A DNA stretch of 38,961 nucleotides, taken from positions 1 to 38,961 of IMG/VR virus record IMGVR_UViG_3300038556_000008; one strand, 5' to 3'. Position 1 is the stretch's first letter. Each line of letters starts with the position of its first letter. The notes beneath the pieces are model-generated. The model saw nothing but the letters and a program-made list of their open reading frames with translations. It searched no databases and had not been told where the DNA came from. The stretch comes from a virus. Its lineage: Duplodnaviria > Caudoviricetes. Position numbers and translations under genes: made by a program. This document shows, piece by piece, positions 24,248 to 34,103 of the stretch.

Positions 24248-27200
24248 ATGTCCAACGACAACAAGCTCGAATTCCAAGTCAGCATCAAGCGCGACGGCGT
24301 GGGCGAGCTCGCGCAGGACCTGACAAAAGTCGAGTCGAGTGCTGAGGGCGCAGGCAAGGCTGGCGCGCAAGCCGGTACCGCGCTCGACAGGCTTGAGGAC
24401 GCGGCCAAGCAAGCAGGGACTGGGCTGGACCAACTGGCCGCAGCAGAGGGCAAGGCAGAGCAGCAAGGCGCGCAGCTCAGCGCGGGAGCGAGCACAGCAG
24501 GCCAAGGCATGGCCGCGATGGGCCAGACTGCGGCTCAAGCCGGCCAGGGCCTGGCAGAAGTGGGTGGTGCGGCAAATAATGCCGAAGGCGAATTGGCCGG
24601 ACTGCGTAAAGCGGTGGATGCCAAGACGCAGGCCATCAAGGCGGGACTGCAGGTCGAGCAAAGCGAGATCGAGCTGCAGCGGCAGCACCTGGCTGCCACC
24701 CGTGCCGAGCAGCAGGCGCGCCTACAGGCGGCCCAGGCCCAGGGCGATGAGGCTGCGGCAACGCAGGCGGGCAATGCCCTGCGCCAGATCGAGTCCGATC
24801 AGCTGGCGCTTGTGGCTCGGGCCAAGCGCGCAGAAGCCACGGCCATCCAGCAGGCCACAGATGCGCGGCGCGAGGAGCTTGGCGCTGTAGGTCCGTTGAC
24901 AGCGGCACAAGACAAGGAGCTCCAGGCTGCCGAGAACCTAGCCAAGGCTCTGCGTGTAGAGGCAGCCGCAGCTGATCAAGCATCCCAACGTGCACGAGAG
25001 CTGGGCACAGCACACCAACGCAGCGCCTCGGCAGCCGATCAGTTGAACGGCCGGATCGCGAACCTCACCCAGATGCTGGGCCAGATGGCAGCGGCTCTGG
25101 GTGCTGCATTCACGTTCCGTGAGATGGTCACCGCCGCAGCGCAAATGGAGCAGTTGCGCAGCGGCCTGGCGGCAGTCACAGGTGATGCCGAGAAGGCCGG
25201 GAAAGAGCTGGAGTTCGTCCGCGTCGTGGCGTCGCGTATTGGCTCCGATGTCACCGAGGTTGGTAAAGCGTTCCTGGGGCTTTCTGCCGCAACGCGTGGC
25301 ACAGCGGTCGAAGGAGAGCCGACGCGGCAAGTGTTTGAAGCCGTGGCAGCAGCTATGGGCAAGGCGGGCAAGTCGAGCGCAGAAACTGGCAACGCGCTCA
25401 TGGCACTGTCGCAGATGGCAAGCAAGGGCGTTGTGCAGTCCGAAGAGCTGCGCGGCCAGCTCGGCGAAGCTCTGCCTGGCGCGCTGAATGCCGCAGCCAA
25501 GGGGCTGGGCCTGACAACGGCCGAGATGATGAAGCTGGTGGAAGAGGGCAAGATCACCGCTCAGGACATCTTCCCGGCTCTGGCACAAGGCCTAAACGAG
25601 CTGTATGGCGGCGCCCCGCAAGCGCAGACGCTGAGCCAAGAGTTCGTGAACGTCAAGAACGCCGCTGTCGATATGTCCGACCGTATTGGCCAAGCGGGCG
25701 GCCTGCGTGTGCTGAAGGTGGGCGCGGAGTTGGCACAAACGGCCATCCTTTTGCTGGGCGAGGGATTGGTCTCCACAGGTCAGCGCATTGGCGTGCTCAT
25801 GGGCGCCCTGGCAACGCTGGACTTCAAGGGCGTCAAGCAGGCCTTTGCAGACATCGAAGCCGAGAGCCGCGACAAGCTGCTCAAGGCAGCCCAACACAAC
25901 GGTGTGCTGCGAGACGCGATCATGGTGCTGGGGTCGGATGCAGAGAAGACCGCGCTCGCTCAACGGGAGCAGGCCCAGGCAACGATTTCTTCGGCCGCTG
26001 CTGCCAACCAGGCGAGTCCATCCTGGGTGAAGCTGCAGAGCGACTACGGCAAGGTCACGGAGTCCATCCGCGAGCAAATTGCCGAGACCGACAAGAGCGT
26101 CATTGCCCGCAATGCTGAAGGCAAGGCAGCGGTTGCGCTCGCAGATGCCTTTGGAACAGAACGCGAGCAGCGGGTCGCGCAAGTCAAAGCATCCGAGGAC
26201 AACGCGGCCGCTCTGAACAAACTGGCAGCCCTCAAGGCGACAGAGCTGGCTGTGATGAAAGCAGAGCTTGAAGCCTTGCAGATGCTCTACAAGGAGAAAG
26301 CCAACCAATCGCCAGAACGCAAGAAAGAGCTGGAGGAACTGCAAAAGAAGATCGACCTGCGGCAGCAGGACACGGACAAAGCCGTTGCACAGGCTCAGGC
26401 ATCGCGCCTGGCTGTCGAGCAGTCGAAGGCCGAAGCCGAGGCGAACAAAGACAACAGCAAACGCGTCATCGAGCTACGTGAAGCCTGGGAGCGTGCTCGG
26501 CAGGAGCTGGATCGTGTCCGTGCTGCGAAAGCTGCGGGCAAAGCCACCACAGAAGAACTAGAAAAGGCCGAGCTGGCGGCGGGCAAGGCTGCGTATGTCT
26601 ACCGCGATGCCCTGCAGGACCAGCTCAAGACCATTGAGGCCAAGCGCAACCTGGCGCAGGCCGACATCGATGTCCAGTCGGCAACTGTGCGCGTCGCCAT
26701 CGAACATCAGCGCGCAATCTATGAAGTCGCCAAGGCCCGAGGTGATGAGCAGACCGCCATGGCCGCTCAGAACGAGATCCGCCGCTTGGAGATCGAGTTG
26801 CTCACACTCACGGCACAGGCCAAGCGCCTGGAGGCGGATGCGGCCATCGCCGCCGCCGAAGCCAAGAAGGCCGAGCTGATCGCCTCGGGCGAGTACACGG
26901 GCGCCAAGAAACTGGAGATCGAAGCCGCAATCAAGGCCGCAGAAGTGAAACGCAAGGAGGGTGACATTGCCGAGATCACCGCCAACAAGCTGCGAAATCT
27001 TGCTCGCGTGCAAGACGATGTCAAAAACTCGGCGGACAAATCGACAGATTCCATCAACAAGCAGGCTGATGCCATGGAGCGCCTGGGCGACGGCGTGGAG
27101 AAAGTCGGTTCCGGATACCGCAACAAAGATGGCTTCACTTCGGATGCCAAGGGCAACGTCCAGTCCCAGTTCGTCTGGACGCGCGCCATGATCATCGACT

Positions 27201-27661
27201 ACCTCAAGCAGGCTGGGCTCGACGAAAAGGTCGCCGCCGAGTTGTCCAAGCAGTTTGTGGATGCCAACGGCAATGTGCCCTACGAAGCCTCGGATGTGCA
27301 AAAGAAATGGGGCGGCAACTACGGCACGCTTGCGACAGCACTGGGCAAGATGGCCGAGTACTACAAGTACGACGACTCCGGCAAGCACGAAGCCGCGTAC
27401 ATGCTTGAGCAAGCCAACGGCAAAGACAAGCCCACGAAGCCCGCACCTGGTCCATCGCCAGCCCCCGGCCCGGCACCCGCACCTGGCCCAGCACCAGCCC
27501 CTGGCCAGGGCGGCAACACCTACGTCAACAACATCACGATCAACGGCGTGGAGCCCTGGGGCTTCTTGAGCGGCACGACGAGCCACACCAGCAAGCAGAG
27601 TGCAGACACCGAGGTCGATCTCATGCGCAAGCTGGCACAGGCGAAGGGAGTGGCCCAATGA
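24248..27661 (+). CDS. Tail tape measure protein (~1137 aa)
   Basis: Long Ala-rich coiled coil; tape-measure domain ALSQMASKGVVQSEELRGQLGEALPGA. Confidence 0.92.
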   Translation: MSNDNKLEFQVSIKRDGVGELAQDLTKVESSAEGAGKAGAQAGTALDRLEDAAKQAGTGLDQLAAAEGKAEQQGAQLSAGASTAGQGMAAMGQTAAQAGQGLAEVGGAANNAEGELAGLRKAVDAKTQAIKAGLQVEQSEIELQRQHLAATRAEQQARLQAAQAQGDEAAATQAGNALRQIESDQLALVARAKRAEATAIQQATDARREELGAVGPLTAAQDKELQAAENLAKALRVEAAAADQASQRARELGTAHQRSASAADQLNGRIANLTQMLGQMAAALGAAFTFREMVTAAAQMEQLRSGLAAVTGDAEKAGKELEFVRVVASRIGSDVTEVGKAFLGLSAATRGTAVEGEPTRQVFEAVAAAMGKAGKSSAETGNALMALSQMASKGVVQSEELRGQLGEALPGALNAAAKGLGLTTAEMMKLVEEGKITAQDIFPALAQGLNELYGGAPQAQTLSQEFVNVKNAAVDMSDRIGQAGGLRVLKVGAELAQTAILLLGEGLVSTGQRIGVLMGALATLDFKGVKQAFADIEAESRDKLLKAAQHNGVLRDAIMVLGSDAEKTALAQREQAQATISSAAAANQASPSWVKLQSDYGKVTESIREQIAETDKSVIARNAEGKAAVALADAFGTEREQRVAQVKASEDNAAALNKLAALKATELAVMKAELEALQMLYKEKANQSPERKKELEELQKKIDLRQQDTDKAVAQAQASRLAVEQSKAEAEANKDNSKRVIELREAWERARQELDRVRAAKAAGKATTEELEKAELAAGKAAYVYRDALQDQLKTIEAKRNLAQADIDVQSATVRVAIEHQRAIYEVAKARGDEQTAMAAQNEIRRLEIELLTLTAQAKRLEADAAIAAAEAKKAELIASGEYTGAKKLEIEAAIKAAEVKRKEGDIAEITANKLRNLARVQDDVKNSADKSTDSINKQADAMERLGDGVEKVGSGYRNKDGFTSDAKGNVQSQFVWTRAMIIDYLKQAGLDEKVAAELSKQFVDANGNVPYEASDVQKKWGGNYGTLATALGKMAEYYKYDDSGKHEAAYMLEQANGKDKPTKPAPGPSPAPGPAPAPGPAPAPGQGGNTYVNNITINGVEPWGFLSGTTSHTSKQSADTEVDLMRKLAQAKGVAQ
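27440..27505 (+). repeat. Degenerate 18-bp tandem repeat encoding PAPGP[S/A] in the tape-measure C-terminus
   Basis: PAPGPS-PAPGPA-PAPGPA-PAPG. Confidence 0.8.
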
Positions 27662-28041
27662 TCACGCTCACCCGCGCCGGAACGACGCTGGACCTGTCTG
27701 ACCGCCTGATCTGGACGGACGAGTACGCCTGGAGCCCGGCCGTCACCGAGACACGCTACAGCACTAGCGGCGCGCTGCATGTGCATGTAGGGCTGCGCCA
27801 GGCCGGGCGGCCGATCACGCTCGATGGCCGCGATTCTCAGGCCTGGATCTCCCGTGCGCTGTGCGACCAGCTCAGGGCCTGGCAAGCCCTGCCCGGCGAG
27901 ACGTTCCGGCTTGTGGTGCGGGGCGCACCGCGCACGGTGCTGTTCATGGAGTTTCTGGCCAATCCTATTTGGCGCCTGCTCGACGCCGAGCACACGGCCG
28001 AACTGCAGTACGTGCCGTCCTTTAAGTTCATGGAGATTTGA
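27658..28041 (+). CDS. Distal tail (Dit-like) protein
   Basis: Coupled to the tape measure gene; W.DEY.WSP...GAL...GRPITL motif. Confidence 0.7.
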   Translation: MITLTRAGTTLDLSDRLIWTDEYAWSPAVTETRYSTSGALHVHVGLRQAGRPITLDGRDSQAWISRALCDQLRAWQALPGETFRLVVRGAPRTVLFMEFLANPIWRLLDAEHTAELQYVPSFKFMEI

Positions 28042-28042
28042 T

Positions 28043-29740
28043 ATGCCGCTACTCGCAGGCGATATCCGTTTTGCGCGCTCGGCGAATATGGCCGACGTCC
28101 CCGAGGGAGGAGGTCCGCCGTCCGCGCGGCTGCTCACATCGGGCAAATCGAATGAGATATTCCCCGACATTTCCGAAGAGACCCGGACCACGGGCCGGGT
28201 CGAGATCTATCAAATCTTCGGCGTGTTGCGCAATACGGATCGCACGCAATTCCTGGGCAGCAACGTGATTCTTGCGGAGCCACCTGCAGACCCGAATGTG
28301 TCGGTCACCCTGTTGTCGCTCAAGAACCCCTTTGCGACACGCGCTGATATCGCACGGCGCATTGAGTCCGGCATGGCAGCTGGCAGTGAGTTCGCGGGCT
28401 ACTTGCTCGAAAACCACTACACGACGATGCGCAGCATCCAGATTTTTCAACGTCCCGGCATGCCGCCTCCGGCTATCGGACGCACCTTCGTGCTGGTCTA
28501 TAACGAAGGGCTTGCTGGCGAGCGCCGGCAGCGCATCCGCGTGAAGGCCACGGACACGGTGATCCGCATGTTCACCGAACTGGTGGGTGGGCAACTGGTG
28601 GATTTCCAGGCCCAGGTGACCACATGTGAGCTGTTCGATGGGCTCCTATTTGACTTCCCCGGCTCCCCTGCAACGCGCACTTTCGCCCGTGCTGCAGGCA
28701 AGACGCTGTTGCGCGAGACCGTCTATAGCGACTCTGGACTGTTTTACAGCGCTACGCGCCTGACGGCCGCGACCGGTATCAATGACGCATGGCTCCAGCT
28801 GGCAAGCATCTACACGCAAGTGGTGCCCAACAGCCGCAGCGAAGTGGCCTCCGTCGACCAGATGCCAGCGGCACGGCGCAGCATCGTGCTTGCCGAGGCC
28901 CCCCGGCGCGTGGAAGTCGGTATCACGCCGCACACGCAAAGGTATGTGATCGACGAGGCGAGCGCTGGGCTGACATTCGTCTGGCAGTGCAACCCCTTGC
29001 CGGAGCCGGGCACGGTCTTCATCGACTTCTGGGCGCTGGGACAGCGCTACACATTGACTGATGACGGCGCGGGAAAGCTCGTAGGAGCAGGCGGCGGCGC
29101 GGTCAACTACCTGACCGGCAGCATCAGCGCCACGCTCAAATCCATCCCTGACATCGGCAGTTCGATCGCGCTGACCCATGGCGCCCGCGTGTCGTACACC
29201 TCGCGTGCAAACCAGGGCGCTGCGATCCGCCCCCCGGAGTATTGCTGGGTGGTCGGAGGGCAGGACGAAGCAACAAAGCACGACCGCATTGTTCCCGGCA
29301 CGTTGGTGGTCAAGTACCCAAGTGCCGGCGTGGTGCGGACTGTCTCCGAGGCCGGCGCGGGCAAGCTGGCGGGCGATGCTGCAGGCGTTGTCGACTACCA
29401 CAGCCGCACCGTGTTGCTGCGGCCGAACTTCATGCCCGACCCGGGCGCGGAGTTGCAGGTCGACTGCAAGCTGGAGACGATGGTGACCGAGATCATTCCC
29501 GGGGTCGGTCCTGATGCCGCCGGTTTCGCCGCATTTGGCCTGGCGCAACAACCGGCGGCCGGCACGCTGCAAATCGAGTGGTGCGTCGCGCGTGCGGTGA
29601 GCCAGACCGCAGGCGGAAGTTTGACAACCACCACAGCGAGCAAGACCGCAGACACCTCTTATGTGTTCAAGGCGGTCCCCGAGTGGCAGGAGCCGCAGTC
29701 ACCGGGCCAGAACATCGCCATCAGAGCCGCATACGCATAG
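28043..29740 (+). CDS. Tail tip/structural protein (565 aa)
   Basis: ATG at 28043 with GGAG RBS; MADVPEGGG...SNEIFPDISE..R..G motif; G.V.Y..G repeats. Confidence 0.75.
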   Translation: MPLLAGDIRFARSANMADVPEGGGPPSARLLTSGKSNEIFPDISEETRTTGRVEIYQIFGVLRNTDRTQFLGSNVILAEPPADPNVSVTLLSLKNPFATRADIARRIESGMAAGSEFAGYLLENHYTTMRSIQIFQRPGMPPPAIGRTFVLVYNEGLAGERRQRIRVKATDTVIRMFTELVGGQLVDFQAQVTTCELFDGLLFDFPGSPATRTFARAAGKTLLRETVYSDSGLFYSATRLTAATGINDAWLQLASIYTQVVPNSRSEVASVDQMPAARRSIVLAEAPRRVEVGITPHTQRYVIDEASAGLTFVWQCNPLPEPGTVFIDFWALGQRYTLTDDGAGKLVGAGGGAVNYLTGSISATLKSIPDIGSSIALTHGARVSYTSRANQGAAIRPPEYCWVVGGQDEATKHDRIVPGTLVVKYPSAGVVRTVSEAGAGKLAGDAAGVVDYHSRTVLLRPNFMPDPGAELQVDCKLETMVTEIIPGVGPDAAGFAAFGLAQQPAAGTLQIEWCVARAVSQTAGGSLTTTTASKTADTSYVFKAVPEWQEPQSPGQNIAIRAAYA

Positions 29741-29749
29741 GACACCCCA

Positions 29750-31672
29750 ATGGCTTACGAAATGATTTCTCGGCCTTTTGCCGTGACGACCACAAACGCC
29801 AGCAGCGCGAGTCTGACAGAACAAAGCGGCACCACCGCTGACAACCGTCTGGTCTCAATCAAGACCGTCACCGATGACGGCGCCGGCCGATTTGCCGCGG
29901 GCCTGGGCACTGTGGATTACGTGGGCAAACAGGTCTCGCTCAAGATGATCGAGTTCGACCGCAGAACTGAGGCCTACCGAAGCGACTATGAGGATGCAAA
30001 GCAGTTCTCGCGTGCCGTGAGCGATGGTGCGGGCGCGTGGCAGGACAACGGCCGCAAGGGCGGCACCTATGGCACGGCCGGGGTGGGCGAGGAAATGCTT
30101 GGAGGCTCCAGCATCGTCGCGCGCTACCGTGTCGGCGCCAGCGCACCACGCAACCACAGCGAAACATACAAGCCCGCCGAGGTCACGATGGACTTGTGCC
30201 CTTACACGTCGCAGCGCATCGTCGCGGGTAGCGTGCAGTTCAGGTGGATGGGCCAGGTCTACACGGACTTCGACGGCCTGATCTATCGAGGGCGCACCGC
30301 CATCGACCCGGGCATTGCAAGCGGCAAGATCGATTACGAGGCCGGCACCGTGGGCATGTACGACTATGTCGTGGGCGGAAGCGGTGCAACGGACTTCCAG
30401 CTGCAGAGCCTTTGGACGCAGGCGGGCCAATGGTCCACCGCCAGCGTGTTTTTCAACACAGATGCTGCGCCGCTACGGGCAGGAGCAGGCGGCTTCGTCC
30501 TGACCGTTGTAGACACGCGAGGCAACACGCTGACGGCCAACGTCGACGGGCAAGGCAATGTCACAGGCTCGCATATGTGGGGCCGCGTCGATTTCTCGCG
30601 CGGCGGTGTGCAGTTGATGTTCGGCGACTTCGTGTTCGACGCGGACCTCAGTGCCGAGGAAAAGGCCGAGTGGTGGTACAACGCGGCCGACGTAGGCGCG
30701 GTCCAACCTGGCCGGATCTGGCGGCCGTGGCCGGTCGACCCGACGACGCTGCGCTACAGCGCAGTGAGCTACATCTATCTGCCCGTCGACGTGACGCTGA
30801 TGGGCATCGACCCGGCCGCGCTGCCATCGGACGGCCGAGTCGCGTTTGCCCGGCCTGGTGACACGTGCGTCATTGGCGTCACCCACGGCGGCGTCCAGTT
30901 CGCTCCCCAGGTCGGACAGACTTTCAGCCTTGGACACGAGCGCCTCTCGTTCGTCCAGGTGCTTGATGCGTCCACTGGCGCTGAGATCCGCACGGGCTAC
31001 ACCGCCGACCTGGATGCCGGCACCGTCAAGTTTGTGGACCTGACCGGCTACCCCGCAGCGGTCAAGGTCATCGGCCGTACCGAGGTCTATCGCCAGATCG
31101 CCGAGGTGCGGATCGACGGCAAGGTGAAGCTCACGCAGCCTGTGGGCTATGCCTTCCCGGCAGGAGCCGTCTTCTCGACAGCGCTGCGCTTCGGTGACCG
31201 CTTCTCGCGCGTGTCCCGGACCTACGACCAAGCTTCTTGGAGTGGCACGACCTGGTATGACGGCGTTGACCCGGCCAAAGGGGAAGCGGCCGCAACGTAC
31301 AACGCGGCGGGTTTCCCAATTGAGGTCTCCAACCTTGGCGCGATCACCGAGCGCTGGGCCCTGCGCTTGCGCAGCGACAACATCACATTCGATCTCATAG
31401 GCCAACACCTTGGGCAGATCGCCAGCGGCACGATCAATGCTGACTTCAGCCCGCTGAACACTGCGGCTGGCGCGCCCTACATGACCGTGCGCGCGGCAGG
31501 CTGGGGCGCGGGTTGGGTGTCTGGCAATGTTCTGTTCGTTGACACGGTAGGCACCGAGGCTGCGATTGACGTGATCCGTTGCACGCAGCCGTCGAGCCCG
31601 GCTGGCATTGACGACAGCTGCTGGTTGGTGCAGCGCGGCGACGTGGGCCGCGCGCCCGAATCCGACTTTTAA
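29750..31672 (+). CDS. Tail tip/structural protein (640 aa)
   Basis: G.VDY..G repeats; GIDPAALPSDGRV and GAITERWAL motifs. Confidence 0.75.
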   Translation: MAYEMISRPFAVTTTNASSASLTEQSGTTADNRLVSIKTVTDDGAGRFAAGLGTVDYVGKQVSLKMIEFDRRTEAYRSDYEDAKQFSRAVSDGAGAWQDNGRKGGTYGTAGVGEEMLGGSSIVARYRVGASAPRNHSETYKPAEVTMDLCPYTSQRIVAGSVQFRWMGQVYTDFDGLIYRGRTAIDPGIASGKIDYEAGTVGMYDYVVGGSGATDFQLQSLWTQAGQWSTASVFFNTDAAPLRAGAGGFVLTVVDTRGNTLTANVDGQGNVTGSHMWGRVDFSRGGVQLMFGDFVFDADLSAEEKAEWWYNAADVGAVQPGRIWRPWPVDPTTLRYSAVSYIYLPVDVTLMGIDPAALPSDGRVAFARPGDTCVIGVTHGGVQFAPQVGQTFSLGHERLSFVQVLDASTGAEIRTGYTADLDAGTVKFVDLTGYPAAVKVIGRTEVYRQIAEVRIDGKVKLTQPVGYAFPAGAVFSTALRFGDRFSRVSRTYDQASWSGTTWYDGVDPAKGEAAATYNAAGFPIEVSNLGAITERWALRLRSDNITFDLIGQHLGQIASGTINADFSPLNTAAGAPYMTVRAAGWGAGWVSGNVLFVDTVGTEAAIDVIRCTQPSSPAGIDDSCWLVQRGDVGRAPESDF

Positions 31673-31698
31673 CCCCTCACTCAATACACCTGGTCATC

Positions 31699-32859
31699 AT
31701 GATCTATCACTACGACTCGACCATGCCGGGCGCGCTGTCCTTGAGCGGCACGGCGGGCTCCTTGAAGGCTTTACTCAAGACCTACCTGGTGGACGGCGCG
31801 GGCACTGGTCCGGTCGCCTCGCTCACCGTGAGCGCGGGCGTTGCGTTGGCGTCCTACTCGTCCGGGCACCCCTTCCGTGCGGGACGCATTGCGCAGTTTG
31901 CTGGCGCCACGCCTGTGGCGCTCAATGGCCTCAAGATGGTATTGAGCACCACAGCGAACTCCGTGACTTTTGCGGCTGCAGGTGTGCCGGATGGCCCGGC
32001 TGCGGGCACCATCACCAGCAAGCTGGCGCCAGCAGGCTGGACGGAGCTGTATCCTGGCACCGCAAACGTGCTCGCACTCAGGCCGAGTTCCCCAGCAGCC
32101 TCCGGCTGTGTCTTGCGCGTCGACGACACGGGGACATTGACAGCACGGGTCCGGGGCTATGAGTCCATGACGGATGTGTCCACCGGGATGGGGCCAATAC
32201 CGTTGGAGTCTCAAGCCAGTGGCGGCCTGCGCTGGCTCAAGAGCGCTGCTGCAAGCGCCGACGCTCGGGGCTGGACGCTGATTGCTGACGAGCGTGCGTT
32301 CTACCTGGCTGTCGACGCAGCAGGCAACGGGCGCTGCACGGTGTACCTGTGCGGAGACATCCAGAGCGTTAAATCGGGCGATGCTTGGCCCTGGGTGCTG
32401 ACAGGGAACACCACTGAAGGCAGCACCACCTCATCGCCCCTCACAGGCTGCGTTGGCTATGCAGGACGCTCTGCCAGAGATGGTGCATACATTGCCAGGG
32501 CGCACACGGGCATCGGTGCTGCAATGCTGGCTCAGCGCATCGGACAGGCCCAAAACGGTACGGCCAGCGAGGCCTACAGCGGCACTGCCAATTACTCGAT
32601 GCTGGGGCTTGGCCCCAATGGTCCCAACAATGGTCTGATCACATGTCCCGTGGAGTTGATCGTGCTGGGTCAGCGTGGCACCCTCCCTGGCTTGCATCAC
32701 CTGCGCTCAGACTGGTCTGGTGCCATCGGCAATGGGTCGGTGATCGAAGGGACCGACGACCTGGCGGGGCGCAAGCTACTTTCTATCGCCGCTGGCCCCC
32801 CGGCCGGAAACGTCACACCAGGCGTCGTGATGGTCGACATCACCGGACCGTGGAGGTAG
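31699..32859 (+). CDS. Putative tail fibre/virion protein
   Basis: GA..LSGTAGSL..LLK..LVDG and AGWT motifs; ends in DITGPWR. Confidence 0.72.
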   Translation: MIYHYDSTMPGALSLSGTAGSLKALLKTYLVDGAGTGPVASLTVSAGVALASYSSGHPFRAGRIAQFAGATPVALNGLKMVLSTTANSVTFAAAGVPDGPAAGTITSKLAPAGWTELYPGTANVLALRPSSPAASGCVLRVDDTGTLTARVRGYESMTDVSTGMGPIPLESQASGGLRWLKSAAASADARGWTLIADERAFYLAVDAAGNGRCTVYLCGDIQSVKSGDAWPWVLTGNTTEGSTTSSPLTGCVGYAGRSARDGAYIARAHTGIGAAMLAQRIGQAQNGTASEAYSGTANYSMLGLGPNGPNNGLITCPVELIVLGQRGTLPGLHHLRSDWSGAIGNGSVIEGTDDLAGRKLLSIAAGPPAGNVTPGVVMVDITGPWR

Positions 32860-32861
32860 CC

Positions 32862-33659
32862 GTGGCAGTCTCCGCGCGCTTTTGGCGCCTGCTGTTCACT
32901 TCGGGCAACGGCAACGATATCTGGCTGGCCGAAGTCGAGTTTCTTGATGCCGCTGCATCTCTTGTCTCTCCAGCTGGCGCCGCTGTGATCAGTGGGGGCG
33001 ACTGGGGTGCAGGCTACGAAAAGGAAAACGCCTTCGACGGGGTCAAGAGCGCCAGCAACAACGGCTGGGCGTCCAAGCCGGCTTTTCCGGCATGGATCGG
33101 GCTTGCATTTCCCTCACCAGTAGCTGTCTCCACCGCAAAAATCTACCTCTCGCCCATTGCAAGCGCATGGGACGAACTGCCAGTGCCAGGGCACGTTCAT
33201 CTGCAGCACAGCGACGATGGGTGGCGTTGGGGCAACACGTTCCAGCGATTTAACGGGGACTATGTGGTCGGCGGCATTCTGTTGTCTCAGCCAGGAGGCC
33301 CCCTCACCATGTCCAACAACCATGCCCTGCTTGCCGCCAGCGCAGCGTTGGGCAGCACGCATGTCATGGGCTCACGCGCATTGCTCGCACGGGATATGGA
33401 GTTCGGGGGCGCGGGCCGTGTGTGGGGCACCAATCAGATCGAGCTGACAGGCGGCGCGCTGGTCCCTGCAGGTGGGCGTGTGGTGCTGCTGCGCCAGCGC
33501 GACAAGCTGGTCGTGCGCGAAACATGGGCAGACCCCATCACTGGCGCCTGGGAGTTCAGGGGCCTGGACACTCGGCAGGATTTCCTGGCCCTGGCGGAGG
33601 ATCTGGCGGGCAACTATCGGCCCGTGGCGGCGAGCAGGCTCACTCCGGAGGTGCCATGA
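32862..33659 (+). CDS. Putative receptor-binding tail protein with discoidin/F5-8-like domain
   Basis: GTG start after GGAGG. ARFWRL...LAEVEF...NAFDG...WAS...WIG pattern, then a C-terminal beta-sandwich (RVVLLRQRD...G.WEF.GL). Confidence 0.68.
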   Translation: MAVSARFWRLLFTSGNGNDIWLAEVEFLDAAASLVSPAGAAVISGGDWGAGYEKENAFDGVKSASNNGWASKPAFPAWIGLAFPSPVAVSTAKIYLSPIASAWDELPVPGHVHLQHSDDGWRWGNTFQRFNGDYVVGGILLSQPGGPLTMSNNHALLAASAALGSTHVMGSRALLARDMEFGGAGRVWGTNQIELTGGALVPAGGRVVLLRQRDKLVVRETWADPITGAWEFRGLDTRQDFLALAEDLAGNYRPVAASRLTPEVP

Positions 33660-34096
33660 GTGTCAGCGGTGACTGGGAAATCAGCGCCGTCACTGCGTTG
33701 GCGCAACTGGCTGCGATCGTCGTGCGTGCGGACGTGGGCCCTGCCAACGCCCGACTGGCGCTCTACACGACAACGCGGCCGACGCTCATCACCGACATCC
33801 ACGCAGACCCGGCACAGGCGCAGATCGTGCTGGCCAAGCCCTGCGGTGCCATCGTTGACGGCGCCTTGATCCTGCACGTGCGCGACCTGGCCGGCGCCCT
33901 GGTGCAGTTCAATGGTCAGCCTCGTTGGGCGGAGTGGATCGCGGCGGACGGCGCCGTGCTGACGCGCTGCGATGTCTCGGACATGGATAGCGGAGGCGGC
34001 ATACGCATCATCGGCGGCACCACACCCGAGGGCCAGACATCGCCCATGCTGTACGCGGGCGGGCTGGTGCAGCTCGGCTTGGTTGCCCTGACTTGA
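33656..34096 (+). CDS. Tail-associated structural protein
   Basis: Coupled ORF; LAKPCG...G.PRWAEW..ADG...DVSD pattern. Confidence 0.68.
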   Translation: MSVSGDWEISAVTALAQLAAIVVRADVGPANARLALYTTTRPTLITDIHADPAQAQIVLAKPCGAIVDGALILHVRDLAGALVQFNGQPRWAEWIAADGAVLTRCDVSDMDSGGGIRIIGGTTPEGQTSPMLYAGGLVQLGLVALT

Positions 34097-34103
34097 TAGA
34101 CCC

